DNA of 63,032 nucleotides, filler included, from Reclinomonas americana ATCC 50394 (GCA_048213135.1; 21 parts of 21 records of this genome joined end to end with filler, not necessarily neighbours in it), one strand, 5' to 3'. Shown: positions 49,106 through 60,200, counted from the whole stretch's first letter. Numbers and translations: made by a program. The notes: generated by a model from the sequence alone, not told the origin.

Positions 49106-49347
49106 CAGGCCGCCCTCAGCTTGGGCCGGGCCGGAAGGGCCGGCGGCAGGCCGCGCAGCCAGGCTTCAGCGCGGACGATCTCGTCGCGGGTCACGACCGG
49201 CACGGGATCGCAGAGAATTGCCAGCAGCACCTCGCGATCGATCTGGCCGTTGGCGATGACGTCGGCAAGTGCATCGCGGGTCTCGCGCTCGGCCCTGAGC
49301 TGGGCGCCGAGCGCGGCGATGAGGCGGTCTTTCGGCATGGCGGACAT
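49105..49347 (-). CDS. 80-aa hypothetical protein coupled to ku
   Basis: Its TGA overlaps the ku ATG (TGATG); high-GC3 codon usage. Confidence 0.7.
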   Translation of the reverse strand: MSAMPKDRLIAALGAQLRAERETRDALADVIANGQIDREVLLAILCDPVPVVTRDEIVRAEAWLRGLPPALPARPKLRAA

Positions 49348-49619
49348 GATACGCGACCCCCGGGTTCGGAAACCTGCGGCGAGTCAACCGGCGGAGCCGT
49401 CAGAGGTTCCGACTCAGCAGTCGCTTAATGTGCGACCTCAGAGTGCCTGCATCGGCGTCCAGTGGCACATGATCGCGCACCTCGTTGGAGAGCTGAGTCA
49501 CTGTGTCGAGAGCAGTGCGNNNNNNNNNNNNNNNNNNNNNNNNNNNNNNNNNNNNNNNNNNNNTTAATTAATTAANNNNNNNNNNNNNNNNNNNNNNNNN
49601 NNNNNNNNNNNNNNNNNNN

Positions 49620-51133
49620 AGGCGTTCGATCTTGAGATCGTGGGTGGGGAGGTCGCCGGCGTCGTGTTGGCGGATGGTCGTCGATTCGCCTGCGGAACGG
49701 TGGTGCTGACCACCGGCACTTTCTTGCGTGGCCTGATCCATATCGGCGAGACCAAAATCCCGGCCGGCCGTGTCGGGGAGGCGCCCTCGCTTGGTCTGTC
49801 GGCAACGCTGGAGCGGCATGGCTTCCCGCTCGGGCGGCTGAAGACCGGAACACCGCCGCGGCTGGACGGCCGGACGATCGACTGGGCCAGCCTGGAGATG
49901 CAGCCGGGCGACGATCCGCCGGAGCCGTTCTCGGCGATGACTGAGGCGATCACCACGCCGCAGATCAGCTGCGGCGTGACCCGGACGACTTTGGCGACGC
50001 ATGAGCTGATCCGCGCCAATCTGCACCGGGCGCCGATGTTCTGCGGTCAGATCGAGGGGCGCGGGCCGCGCTATTGTCCCTCGATCGAGGACAAGGTGGG
50101 CCGTTTCGGCGATCGCGACGGCCATCAGATCTTCCTCGAGCCCGAGGGTCTCGACGATCGCACGGTCTATCCGAACGGGATCTCGACCTCGCTACCGGAG
50201 GATGTCCAGCTCGGTCTGCTCAAGACGATACCGGGCCTGGAACGCACCGTGATGCTGCGGCCGGGCTATGCGATCGAGTACGACTATGTCGATCCGCGCG
50301 CGCTGACGCCGACACTTGAGACGCGGGCGATTGCAGGCCTCTTCCTCGCCGGCCAGATCAACGGTACGACGGGCTATGAGGAAGCGGCGGCGCAGGGTCT
50401 GCTCGCAGGCCTCAATGCAGCACGCCGCGCCGGGGGCAGCAAGCCCGTCAGCCTCGACCGGACGCAATCCTATATCGGCGTGATGGTCGATGATCTGGTG
50501 ACCCGCGGCGTTACGGAGCCGTATCGGATGTTCACCTCGCGTGCCGAGTTCCGGTTGTCGCTGCGCGTCGACAACGCCGATGAACGCCTGACGCGCCTCG
50601 GCATCGCGCTTGGAGTCGTCTGCAGCGCTCGCCAAGAGCGTTTTGAGCGCCGGCAGTCAGAAATCGTTAAGCTTACCGAACTCTTGTGCGAACGGACGCT
50701 CTCACCGAATGAAGCAGCGGCGGCCGGGCTGGAGCTCAACCGCGATGGGATCCGGCGCCCAGCGTTCCAAATTCTATCTTATCCCGCTATCGATTTCGAA
50801 GCTCTGCTCCGAGTCTGGCCCGATCTGGCGGCGTTCTCCGAGCCGGTGCGGGCGCGGGTCGCAGCGGACGCGACCTATGCGGTTTATCTCGGCCGGCAGG
50901 CGGCCGAGATCGAATCCTATCAACGGGATCAGGCGCTGGCGCTGCCCGCCGATCTCGATCTCGACGGTATCTCAGGCCTATCGAACGAGTTGCGGCTGAA
51001 ACTGCGCGCGGCTTGGCCGAGCAACCTGGCGCAGGCGGGCCGGATCGAGGGAATGACGCCGGCGGCCTTGACCCTGTTGGCTGCTCATGCTCGCAAGCAT
51101 CAGGCCACGCGCTTGGCGGATGCAGAGGCATGA
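49620..51133 (+). CDS. mnmG: tRNA uridine-5-carboxymethylaminomethyl modification enzyme (5' truncated)
   Basis: [60 protein letters not shown]. Confidence 0.98.
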
Positions 51134-51791
51134 CCCTGTGACTTATGTTGATAAGGCGGATAACTCCGACCGCCTCCACGCTTTTCGCTTGACGCCTGTT
51201 TCACGTGAAACACAGGAGCGCCTCGCCATTCTGGTGGCGGAGCTCAAGCGCTGGCAGCAGGCGAAGAATCTGGTCTCGGGGGCGACGCTTGATGCGGTCT
51301 GGACCCGGCACGTTGCCGATTCCCTGCAGTTGCTCGACCATGCGCCACAGGCGCGGCGTTGGCTCGACCTCGGCTCGGGTGGCGGTTTTCCCGGCCTGGT
51401 GCTCGGCATTCGGTTGGCGGAACTGGGCGGGCATATCGACCTGGTTGAAAGCAACGCCCGCAAATGCGCCTTCCTGCGCCATGCTGCGCGGCTGACCGGC
51501 TCACCTGTCACCGTCCACAATGCCCGGATCGAGGATGTTGTCGACGGTTTCGTCGGCAAGGTGGAGGCCGTAACGGCACGAGCGCTGGCACCGCTGCCCT
51601 TGCTGCTCGACTGGTGTAAAGAGCTGTTGAGAACCGGGGTGACAGGAGTCTTTCCCAAGGGACAACATCTAGAGGCGGAATTGACCGCCGCGGCTAAATA
51701 TTGGAAGATTCAGGCCACAACGTTTCCATCCTTGACGGATTCGGCGGCCGCTATCCTGGTGATCGGTGGCGCCGAGAAACGGGCCGATTGA
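51120..51791 (+). CDS. rsmG: 16S rRNA m7G527 methyltransferase
   Basis: [32 protein letters not shown]; start could be GTG at 51138. Confidence 0.96.
   Translation: MQRHDPVTYVDKADNSDRLHAFRLTPVSRETQERLAILVAELKRWQQAKNLVSGATLDAVWTRHVADSLQLLDHAPQARRWLDLGSGGGFPGLVLGIRLAELGGHIDLVESNARKCAFLRHAARLTGSPVTVHNARIEDVVDGFVGKVEAVTARALAPLPLLLDWCKELLRTGVTGVFPKGQHLEAELTAAAKYWKIQATTFPSLTDSAAAILVIGGAEKRAD
51197..51212. promoter_or_regulatory. parS: parS centromere site
   Basis: Perfect TGTTTCACGTGAAACA palindrome within rsmG, upstream of parAB. Confidence 0.93.
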
Positions 51792-52618
51792 TGACCGATC
51801 CTCGTCCTATCTCCATTCCGGCGCGGCCGCGTGTGCTGGCGCTCGCCAATCAGAAGGGCGGGGTCGGCAAGACCACGACCGCGATCAACCTTGGTACCGC
51901 CCTCGCCGCCATCGGCGAGAAGGTGCTGATCATCGATCTCGACCCGCAAGGCAACGCTTCGACCGGGCTCGGCGTCGACCGGAAGAGCCGCAAGGCCTCG
52001 ACCTATGACGTGCTCTGCGGCGATATCGGCCTGGGCATGGCGATGCAGGCAACGGCCGTTCCCAATTTGTCCCTGGCGCCATCGACGCTCGATCTTCTGG
52101 GCGTCGAGCTCGAGATCGCCGGCGCCAAGGACCGCGCCTTAAGGCTGAAGAAGGCGATCGATGAGCTGGTCCACGACCAGCGTTGCAACGACCTGACCTA
52201 TATCCTGATCGATTGCCCGCCCTCGCTCAGCCTCATCACCATCAACGCGATGACCGCGGCCGACGCGGTGCTGGTGCCGCTGCAATGCGAGTTCTTCGCG
52301 CTGGAGGGTCTCAGCCAGCTGCTCAAGACGGTCGAGCAGGTCCGTGCTGGCCTCAATCCGCGCCTGATCATCCAGGGCGTGGTGCTGACCATGTACGACC
52401 CCCGTAATAACCTCTCCGGTCAGGTCATGGCCGATGTTCGCCATTTTCTCGGCGACAAGGTCTACGACACTGTGATTCCACGTAATGTGCGAATCTCGGA
52501 GGCGCCGTCCTATGGCAAGCCGGCACTGCTCTACGATCTGCGCTGCGCCGGTTCGCAGGCCTATCTCAAGCTGGCCTCGGAGGTGATCAAGCGCGAGCGC
52601 ACGCTGCGCGCCGCCTGA
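51791..52618 (+). CDS. parA: Chromosome partitioning ATPase ParA
   Basis: NQKGGVGKTTT, DLDPQGNAS, IDCPPSL, IPRNVRISEAPS. Confidence 0.98.
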   Translation: MTDPRPISIPARPRVLALANQKGGVGKTTTAINLGTALAAIGEKVLIIDLDPQGNASTGLGVDRKSRKASTYDVLCGDIGLGMAMQATAVPNLSLAPSTLDLLGVELEIAGAKDRALRLKKAIDELVHDQRCNDLTYILIDCPPSLSLITINAMTAADAVLVPLQCEFFALEGLSQLLKTVEQVRAGLNPRLIIQGVVLTMYDPRNNLSGQVMADVRHFLGDKVYDTVIPRNVRISEAPSYGKPALLYDLRCAGSQAYLKLASEVIKRERTLRAA

Positions 52619-52642
52619 TCGGTAGAAGAAGGTTCAAGAGGA

Positions 52643-53530
52643 ATGGCAATGGTCGAGGAACAGGGGCGCTCGCGTCTTGGCCGGGGTCTGGCTGCGCTGA
52701 TCGGCGATGTCGGCGAGGAGATCGGCGCGATCGAGCGGGCGCGCGGACAGCGCAAGGTGCCGGTCGAGTTCCTGCGTCCGAATGCGCGCAACCCGCGCAA
52801 GGCCTTCGCGGAAGCCGAGCTCGAAGACCTTGCCGCCTCGGTGCGCGAGCGCGGCATCCTGCAGCCGATCATCGTGCGCTCGATCCCCGGGATGATCGAT
52901 GCCTATGAGATCATCGCTGGCGAACGGCGCTGGCGGGCGGCGCAGCGGGCCGAGCTGCACGACGTCCCCGTCATCCTGGTCGAGGCCAATGATCGCGAGG
53001 CGCTCGAAATCGCCATCGTCGAGAACGTGCAGCGCGCCGATCTGAACGCGATGGAAGAGGCGGCCGGCTATGAGCGCCTGATCGCCGAGTTCGACTATAC
53101 CCAGAACGATCTCGCCAAGGTGATCGGCAAGAGCCGCTCGCATGTGGCGAACACCCTGCGCCTGAGCAAGCTGCCCGAGCCGGTCAAGCGCATGGTCGGC
53201 GAGGGCGCGGTTTCGGCTGGTCATGCGCGGGCGCTGCTTGCTGTTTCGGACCCGGAACAGGTCGCCAAACGCATTGTCGAGCAAGGGCTTACGGTCCGGG
53301 ATATCGAACGGCTCGGCCAGGACGAGGCGCGTAGCGAGAACAAGCCCGTCAGGGCGGCCGCGCCGAAGCCCGAGAAAGATCCTGATACGCGCGCGGTCGA
53401 GAAGGCGCTGGAGGAGGCGCTGGGCCTCAGCGTCGCGATCCAGCACCGTGCCAGCGGGGGCGGTGAATTGAAGATCAGCTACAAGACGCTGGAGCAACTC
53501 GACGCGCTCTGCCGTCGGCTAAAAGCTTGA
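52643..53530 (+). CDS. parB: Chromosome partitioning protein ParB
   Basis: LGRGLAALI, IIAGERRWRAA, ENVQRADL, GKSRSHVANTLRL. Confidence 0.98.
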   Translation: MAMVEEQGRSRLGRGLAALIGDVGEEIGAIERARGQRKVPVEFLRPNARNPRKAFAEAELEDLAASVRERGILQPIIVRSIPGMIDAYEIIAGERRWRAAQRAELHDVPVILVEANDREALEIAIVENVQRADLNAMEEAAGYERLIAEFDYTQNDLAKVIGKSRSHVANTLRLSKLPEPVKRMVGEGAVSAGHARALLAVSDPEQVAKRIVEQGLTVRDIERLGQDEARSENKPVRAAAPKPEKDPDTRAVEKALEEALGLSVAIQHRASGGGELKISYKTLEQLDALCRRLKA

Positions 53531-53643
53531 TCGTCTTCAGCTGCACTTGTACTCATCATTGCAAGCAGAACGGTCCAGAGCTTAGCCTTGGATTGCTTTG
53601 CCGTATTCGCTGGCAATGATTTAACCGCCAGATCTGGAAAAGC

Positions 53644-53844
53644 CTAACCGCGACTCCTGCCGCCCATCCGGCTGAGCGTCCAGAGCGCGCGGGCAGCGAT
53701 CGGCTTGGCCATGTCGCCGTCGCGGCGCACGGCCAGCATCGCTGTTCCCAGAATCGTCACGGCATCGCGCAGCTTCGCGGTCGGCCAGGCGTTGAGCGCG
53801 GCTTCGGCGGCGGCGATGCGCGGATAGGGCAGGCGCATGGCGCC
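53644..53844 (-). CDS. holA: DNA polymerase III delta subunit, C-terminal fragment
   Basis: Helical C-terminus with AALNAW..L; convergent on parB, matching conserved Hyphomicrobiales synteny. Confidence 0.65.
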   Translation of the reverse strand, partial: GAMRLPYPRIAAAEAALNAWPTAKLRDAVTILGTAMLAVRRDGDMAKPIAARALWTLSRMGGRSRG

Positions 53845-53944
53845 NNNNNNNNNNNNNNNNNNNNNNNNNNNNNNNNNNNNNNNNNNNNTTAATTAATTAA
53901 NNNNNNNNNNNNNNNNNNNNNNNNNNNNNNNNNNNNNNNNNNNN

Positions 53945-54571
53945 CGATCGCCCGCGCCGCACGCGATTTCGGCCGCGAGCCGGAAGCGGTGACGCTGGTC
54001 GCGGTCTCCAAGACCAAGCCGGCCGAGATGATCGTGCCAGGTCTTGGGCGCCGGCCAGGTCGATTTCGGCGAGAACTACGTCCAGGAGGCCAAGGAGAAG
54101 TGGCCGGTGCTGCGCGAGCGCTTCCCGAAGGCTCGGTTGCACATGATCGGACCGCTGCAGTCGAACAAGGCGCGCGACGCGGTGGCGCTGTTCGACGTGA
54201 TCCAGTCGCTCGACCGCGAGAGCCTCGCCAAGGAGCTGGCACGCGAGATCGAGCGCGCCGGCAAGGCGCCTGAGCTGATCGTCCAGGTCAATACCGGCGC
54301 CGAGCCGCAGAAGGGCGGCGTCCTGCCCGGCGAGGCCGACGCCTTCCTGGAGCTGTGCCGGAGCCGTTACAGCCTCACCATCGCGGGGCTGATGTGCATT
54401 CCCCCGGCCGAGGATCCGCCCTCGCCGCATTTCGCCCTGCTCGGCAAGATCGCCAAGCGCAACGGCCTGGCGATCCTGTCGATGGGGATGAGCGCCGATT
54501 ACGAGGCGGCGATCCAGCTCGGCGCCACCCATGTCCGGGTCGGCAGCGCGATTTTTGGCGCACGGGGCTGA
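53945..54571 (+). CDS. yggS: YggS/PLPBP pyridoxal-phosphate homeostasis protein (5' truncated, apparent frameshift near 54040)
   Basis: VTLVAVSKT in one frame; FGENYVQEA, HMIGPLQSNK, LSMGMS, GATHVRVGSAIFG in the next. Confidence 0.95.
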
Positions 54572-54592
54572 TCGCGCTGCTGCGCCGATGGC

Positions 54593-54970
54593 CTAGATCG
54601 GTTGGCCGACATCGATGCGGTTGCCATCCGGGTCCTCGAAGACGAAGGCGCGCAGGCCGTAGTCCTTGTCGCGCACGCCCTTGACGATGCGCATGCCATG
54701 GCGCTGGCAGAGCTCGTGGAAGGCGTCGACATCATCGACCATCATATGGGCGATGTTGAACGGCGCCGCCTTATGGTCCTTCTGCAGGGTCAGGTGGATT
54801 TCGGCCTTGCCCTTCTTGAGGATCATGAAGCCGACCGGTTGGCCGTTCTCGAAGGTCTTGGTGAAGCCGAGGGCATCGACATAGAAGGCGCAGGCGCGTT
54901 CCATGTCCTTGACGGGAAACATGGCTGCGACGCGGCCGAAGCCGATCTCGGTCATGGGCGAATCAGTCAT
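54593..54970 (-). CDS. VOC/glyoxalase family protein
   Basis: VKDMERACAFY..LGF; DKDYGLRAFVFEDPDGNRI. Confidence 0.9.
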   Translation of the reverse strand: MTDSPMTEIGFGRVAAMFPVKDMERACAFYVDALGFTKTFENGQPVGFMILKKGKAEIHLTLQKDHKAAPFNIAHMMVDDVDAFHELCQRHGMRIVKGVRDKDYGLRAFVFEDPDGNRIDVGQPI

Positions 54971-55101
54971 GGCACAGTCTCTTGCTGGGAGCTGGCCTGA
55001 GCTGAACGGGGCGGTGCCCGCTCACATCCGGCGCTCCTGATATCGATCGGCGAGACGGTGCTCCGCGCCAGTATCCCCGGCCTGGACCAGCTTGCAAGCC
55101 C

Positions 55102-55386
55102 TTAGCGCACGACGATCGCGCAGCGTCGCGCCAGCCTGGGCAGGACCTTGCCGAAAATGTCGCCGGTGACGGCGACGCAGCCGGCCGTCGGGGTGAAGCC
55201 CGGCCGGGCGAGGTGCCAGAAGATGGCGCTGCCGCGGCCGCGCCGGACGGGAGCATCGTTCCAGCCGAGCTCGACGATGACGTCATAGAGATTGTCGGCG
55301 CGGGCGAGCCGCTCCTCGGCTTCTCCGGGCGGGCGATCGATCAGGCGGTTGTAGCGCCGGTCGGTCTGGTCGTCGCACCAGGCATC
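55102..55386 (-). CDS. YkuD-type L,D-transpeptidase family protein (5' truncated)
   Basis: WCDD..YNR, LYDVIVELGWN, GSAIFWH..PTAGCVA; frame not shown in the ORF track. Confidence 0.85.
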   Translation of the reverse strand, partial: DAWCDDQTDRRYNRLIDRPPGEAEERLARADNLYDVIVELGWNDAPVRRGRGSAIFWHLARPGFTPTAGCVAVTGDIFGKVLPRLARRCAIVVR

Positions 55387-55486
55387 NNNNNNNNNNNNNN
55401 NNNNNNNNNNNNNNNNNNNNNNNNNNNNNNTTAATTAATTAANNNNNNNNNNNNNNNNNNNNNNNNNNNNNNNNNNNNNNNNNNNN

Positions 55487-56043
55487 GTCGAGGCCTGGCC
55501 GCCGGAGGTGTAGGGATATAGCGAACTTGTGCCGGCCACCTTCTCCATGGCGAAGACGATCAGGTTGTCCTCTCGCTTCGACGAGGTGCCGCCGATCTTC
55601 AGCGGGGTCGCTGCGCCCTTGGCTGCCGCGATGAGATCGCCGGCGCTCTTGTAGGGGGCCTTGGCGTTGACCCAGAGCAGGAAGGAATCCTGCGCCAGCA
55701 TCGCCACCGGCGTGTAGTCGGTCCAGTTCAGCGCCAGCTTGGTCGCCATCGGCGTCATGAAGATGCCGCTCGAGGTGGTGATCAATTTGTGGGGGTCGCC
55801 AGCCGACTTCTGGATGTCGAGCATGCCTTCGGCGCCGCCGGCGGCCGGCTTGTTGACGACGATGATCGGCTGGGTGGTGAACTGGTGCTTCTGGATGATG
55901 CCCTGGATCGTGCGCGCCATCTGGTCGGACGCCCCGCCCGCTGAGAACGGCACCACGATCTCGATCGGTTTCGTCGGTTCCCAGGCAAAAGCCGGCGCGA
56001 CGACTCCGAGCGGCAGGACTGCGGCAAGCCAATGGTGCTTCAT
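55487..56043 (-). CDS. Bug/TctC tripartite tricarboxylate transporter substrate-binding protein (3' truncated)
   Basis: Signal peptide; PIEIVVPFSAGGASDQMAR; VVNKPAAGG. Confidence 0.92.
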
Positions 56044-56104
56044 TGTGGCTCTCTCCCTAGAGCGCGCTCTGGTGGCGCTATGGGAGGGAGCCTAAGGCCA
56101 AAAA

Positions 56105-56116
56105 ATTTTGCATTCA
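56105..56116 (-). promoter_or_regulatory. Candidate GntR operator, copy 1
   Basis: TGAATGCAAAAT on the tctC coding strand, identical to the copy at 56977. Confidence 0.6.
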
Positions 56117-56174
56117 ATCTAAAAGTTGAGAGCGCTCAAACTGACGACCATATTTTTGCCAGCGCCCGATTTCC

Positions 56175-56891
56175 TCACTCGTCCGAGCTCGCACCAGGCG
56201 GCTGCGCTGCCTTCAGCTTGTTGCGCAGATGTACGAACAGGATGTCACTGAGCTCGGAGCCCGCACGCCGGCGCAAGGCGTCGAGAATCGCCTCGTGCTC
56301 GCGCATCGCCTCGCCCAGCCGGTCACGGTCCTTGGCGAGATTGGCGGAATAGCGCACGCGGCGAATTCGCCCCGCCAGGCCGGCATAGGTCGCGGTCAGC
56401 GTGGCATTGCCGGCAGCCGCGACGATCAACTGATGGATCGCCTGGTTGCAATGGAAATAGCCATGCATGTCGCGGCGCAGATAGAAATGATACATTTCGT
56501 GGTGAATCCGCTCGATTTCAGCGAATTCCGCGTCCGTTATCCGCTCGCAGGCCAGCCGGCCGGCCAGCGCCTCCAGCCCGCCCATGACGTCGAAAAGCTC
56601 GCGCAGATCGGCAGGGCTAAGCTCGCGCACACGCGCGCCGCGATTGGGCAGGAGCTCGATCAACCCCTCCGCCGCCAACACCTTCAGCGCCTCGCGCAGG
56701 GGCGTGCGCGAGATGTTGAAGCGCTCGCACAATGCCCGCTCGGGAACGCGCGCCCCATCCTCGAGATTGCCCTCGACGATGAAATCGCGCAGCGCGACCA
56801 GCAGCTCGCCATGCAGCGTCCCGGACGGCCGCACCGCCTCGGCCGACTCGCGAGCCGCCCCCTCATGTTCATCCAACGATATCTCGCTCAT
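56175..56891 (-). CDS. GntR/FadR-family (FCD) transcriptional regulator
   Basis: ERALCERFNISRTPLREALKVLAAEGLI..PNRGA; EHEAILDAL. Confidence 0.95.
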   Translation of the reverse strand: MSEISLDEHEGAARESAEAVRPSGTLHGELLVALRDFIVEGNLEDGARVPERALCERFNISRTPLREALKVLAAEGLIELLPNRGARVRELSPADLRELFDVMGGLEALAGRLACERITDAEFAEIERIHHEMYHFYLRRDMHGYFHCNQAIHQLIVAAAGNATLTATYAGLAGRIRRVRYSANLAKDRDRLGEAMREHEAILDALRRRAGSELSDILFVHLRNKLKAAQPPGASSDE

Positions 56892-56976
56892 ACTCACTCG
56901 CTAAGACGCGGCCAGCAGGCTGTCGAGCCCTCGTTTTCCAGAATGCATCCGACAATGAGATTGATCTTATAAAAAA

Positions 56977-56988
56977 TGAATGCAAAAT
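56977..56988 (+). promoter_or_regulatory. Candidate GntR operator, copy 2
   Basis: TGAATGCAAAAT upstream of the aminotransferase, in the divergent gntR promoter region. Confidence 0.6.
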
Positions 56989-57037
56989 AAAATCAGACGG
57001 CAGCACCACCGCGCACCGATGGGAGGATAACAACATC

Positions 57038-57173
57038 ATGCAGGGTCGTCACTTTCTGCACATTCCCGGCCCCAGCCCGATTCCGGACCGCATCCTGCGC
57101 GCCATCGCGATGCCGATCATCGACCATCGCAGCGCCGAGTTCGCAGCGCTCGGCAAGGAGGTCCTCGAAGGCA
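57038..57173 (+). CDS. Class V aminotransferase (serine-glyoxylate aminotransferase-like), 5' fragment
   Basis: MQGRHFLHIPGPSPIPDRILRA..IDHRS..F; RBS GGAGGA. Confidence 0.88.
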
Positions 57174-57273
57174 NNNNNNNNNNNNNNNNNNNNNNNNNNN
57201 NNNNNNNNNNNNNNNNNTTAATTAATTAANNNNNNNNNNNNNNNNNNNNNNNNNNNNNNNNNNNNNNNNNNNN

Positions 57274-60200
57274 GGAGGGGAGCCAGGAAGAAAGACAGGA
57301 GAGTGACGGGGGTGACGAAACCTCGGCCAGCAAACGATCCCGCTCCGCGCTCAGCTCGTTCACCTTGGCACGCAGCGCCTCGGCCTCGGATATCGACTCC
57401 TGGCGACTGCGCTGCAGCTCCTCCAAAGCGCGCTGTCGCTCGGACATCTGCGCGGCAACGACTGAGAGTCGGAAACGAGAAAGCAACGCAGGCGTCGCAC
57501 TCACCAGCACACCGCGATCGGCATCCAACTGGTGTCCCTGACTGCGCAGAGCCGCAATCGTCGATCGTGCCTCCACCAGCTCGGCGAGCAGTGAATCGCG
57601 ACGAGCACGCAGACGAGCCAACTCGTCCATCACACCGCGAAGTTCGGATTCCAGTCGCTCGCGCTCCGCTTGCGCCGTGGTGCGTTCCTTGGCTCGATCA
57701 TACTGCTCAGCCGCCAGACTGCGAGATGCACTCGTGAGAAACACAGAGGTGGTGGGCGGGACGCTGTCTGTCGCCAGCAAGGTAGCACACACCTGGCCTT
57801 CAGAGTCTCCACCAACTGCTTGAGCGAATCACGCTGTCGAGCCACCGTCTGGCAGTCCGCGAGCAACGCGGCCGTCTCCACATGCAGCTCCTCCAGCTCG
57901 CGGGCCAGCCGAGCACGATCAGCCGCCATGTTGTCGCGCTGTACGGCCGTGCTCGCCAGTCCGGCTTGTGCACGCTCGCACGCCAGTCCCAGCTTGTCGC
58001 GCTCCTCGCTGACTCTCGCCAGCTGGTCACGCAGTGCGCTAACGGTGCTCTCATTGACTCGACGCACTGTGAATCAGGCGTCAGCGCCAACAATACACAA
58101 GTAAAGTAAAGGGGGACATAAACAACCCCGAACCATGCTTGCCATCCTCTGCCAGGCGGTCACGCTCCGCAGTCATGTCCGCCAACTGCTGCTTCCAGTG
58201 CTCCGCATCCATGGCCGCCTTGGCCTGCAACGCCTGCAGCTCAGCCGCCAGTCGATCACGGTCACTCGTCACTCGGTCACGTGCCGCGGTGACGCCGGCC
58301 ACATCGCCCTGCAGCGACGCCACACGGTCCTCCAACGAGGCAATGCGCGTCGACAGTGTCGTGCGCTCCGTCGTCAGAGTCTCGATGCGTGTGGTGAGCA
58401 GGGTGATTTGCTCGCGCAGTCGATCGCGGTCCTTGTCGGCCGCACCCAGCAGCCCACGCACTCGCTCCAGCTCTTGCCGAGTCAGCGACAGTGCGGTTGC
58501 CGAGTTACTCGACTCCTCCATTTGCGAGCGCAGTGCCTCGTCGATGCGCGACTGCTCACGCTTGAGCTGTGCACTCAGCGCATCGCGCTCAGCCCCCAGA
58601 CTCTCGATCTCTGCGCGCAGCGACGCCAGCTGGGCCATGAGGTCGGCGATCTCGCTCTGGTGTGTCTGTTGTCGGGAGGGAGGGAGGGAAGAGGGAAGGA
58701 GGAAAGGGAGGGAGGAGAGTTCAGTCATCAGCACAATGGGTGGTTACGCTGAGCAGGGATGGCAGCCAAACCTCGTTCAGCATGTCCTTCTCACGCATCA
58801 GCTGCGCAATGGCCGAGGCGTGCGCCTCGCGGGCCTGCGCGCCCTCGTTGAGGAGGCGAGCGCGTTCGGTGGTGAGGTAGTCAACCTNNNNNNNNNNNNN
58901 NNNNNNNNNNNNNNNNNNNNNNNNNNNNNNNTTAATTAATTAANNNNNNNNNNNNNNNNNNNNNNNNNNNNNNNNNNNNNNNNNNNNAGCACGAGTTCGT
59001 CACGCGACATGCTGACATCGTGCAGTTGGGCGTACAGCTTGGCCAACGTGTTGGCCAAGTCGGCACGCTCCGAGTGTGCCACCGACGACAACTGGCGCGT
59101 TTTTTCCAGATCGTCTGCGAGAGGGGAGATGAGGTGAGGCACGGCAAGGGGGAAAATAGACATAAGATCGCACGCACCCAATAGCCGATTCCGCTCCGCA
59201 GACATTTCGTCGATTTCCTCACGATGGGCACGCACAGTGGCCTCTTGCACCGCACGCAGGCGCTGCAACAAACACACAAGAAAGTAAGCAACACACACAA
59301 ACGGTTGCTCAACAAAGAAGTGCATGCAACAGACCTGCAACTCGGAAGAAATGTCGGTGCGCTCGGCCGACGCACTCTGTCGTTGTACGCGCAAACTGTC
59401 CAGCTCCTCATCCAGCAATCGGATGCGACGGGCGTGCGACTCGAGCTGCGGAAAGCACGTTAGCAGCTGCGAAACACAATGCAGTCGAATTGCTGCTCGC
59501 ACGACACAAACCTTGGCCAGTGCACCGGCCTTGTCGGCCGACAAGTGCACATTCTCCTCCTTGAGGGCGGCCAGCTGGCTCTGACGGGTCTCCAGCTCCG
59601 CCGACAGGCGCACGACAGTGGCGTTGCGCTCGCTCAGCTCCGCCTGCACCTCCTCCAGCGTCTTCTCGCCACTCATGCGTGCGGCAGAGGCGTCGCTGTG
59701 CAGGCGATCGCGCTCGTCGTACATGGTGTGCAGACGATGCTCAAAATCGGCAATCTCGCGCGCGTGACGCTCCTGTGCCGCAATGCGCTCGCGCGCCTCG
59801 CTAGCGCACTGCTCCTCGGCGTCGCGATGACGACGACGCAGGTCATGGATGGTGTCTTCCAGGGCCGCCAGTGCCGCGCGGTGTTCCAGGCGGGATTTTT
59901 GCAGCACCTGGGAAGAGGGATTCAGGGGAAGGGATTTAGGGGAAGGGGTGAGGGGAAGGGGTGAGGGGAAGGGGTGAGGGGAAGGGGGGAAGGGAAGAGG
60001 GGATGGGGGAGGAGAGGGGGAAGGGAGGGGAATGGGGAAGGGAAGGGAGGGGCTAGAGGAAGGAGAGAGGAGAGAGAAGGACAGGGGAGAAGGAAGGAAG
60101 CAGAGAACATGAGATCACAGAGTGAAAGGGCATGTGAGAGTGCGGAGAGCGAAAAACCGAAATGAAACACGAGAGGAAGAGAAGGAGAGTCAAAGAGAAA

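Noticed and set aside
47177..49567. 796-aa + strand ORF
   Set aside because: Antisense shadow of high-GC ku/ligD, with no recognisable motifs.
53945..54571. yggS and ligD as pseudogenes of a degenerating symbiont
   Set aside because: Single-base shifts accompany demonstrable indel errors in the overlapping ligD contig ends, and all catalytic motifs are intact.
41247..57173. Bacterial horizontal insertion into the eukaryotic chromosome
   Set aside because: Both junctions are artificial linkers, and the genes show no introns or amelioration.
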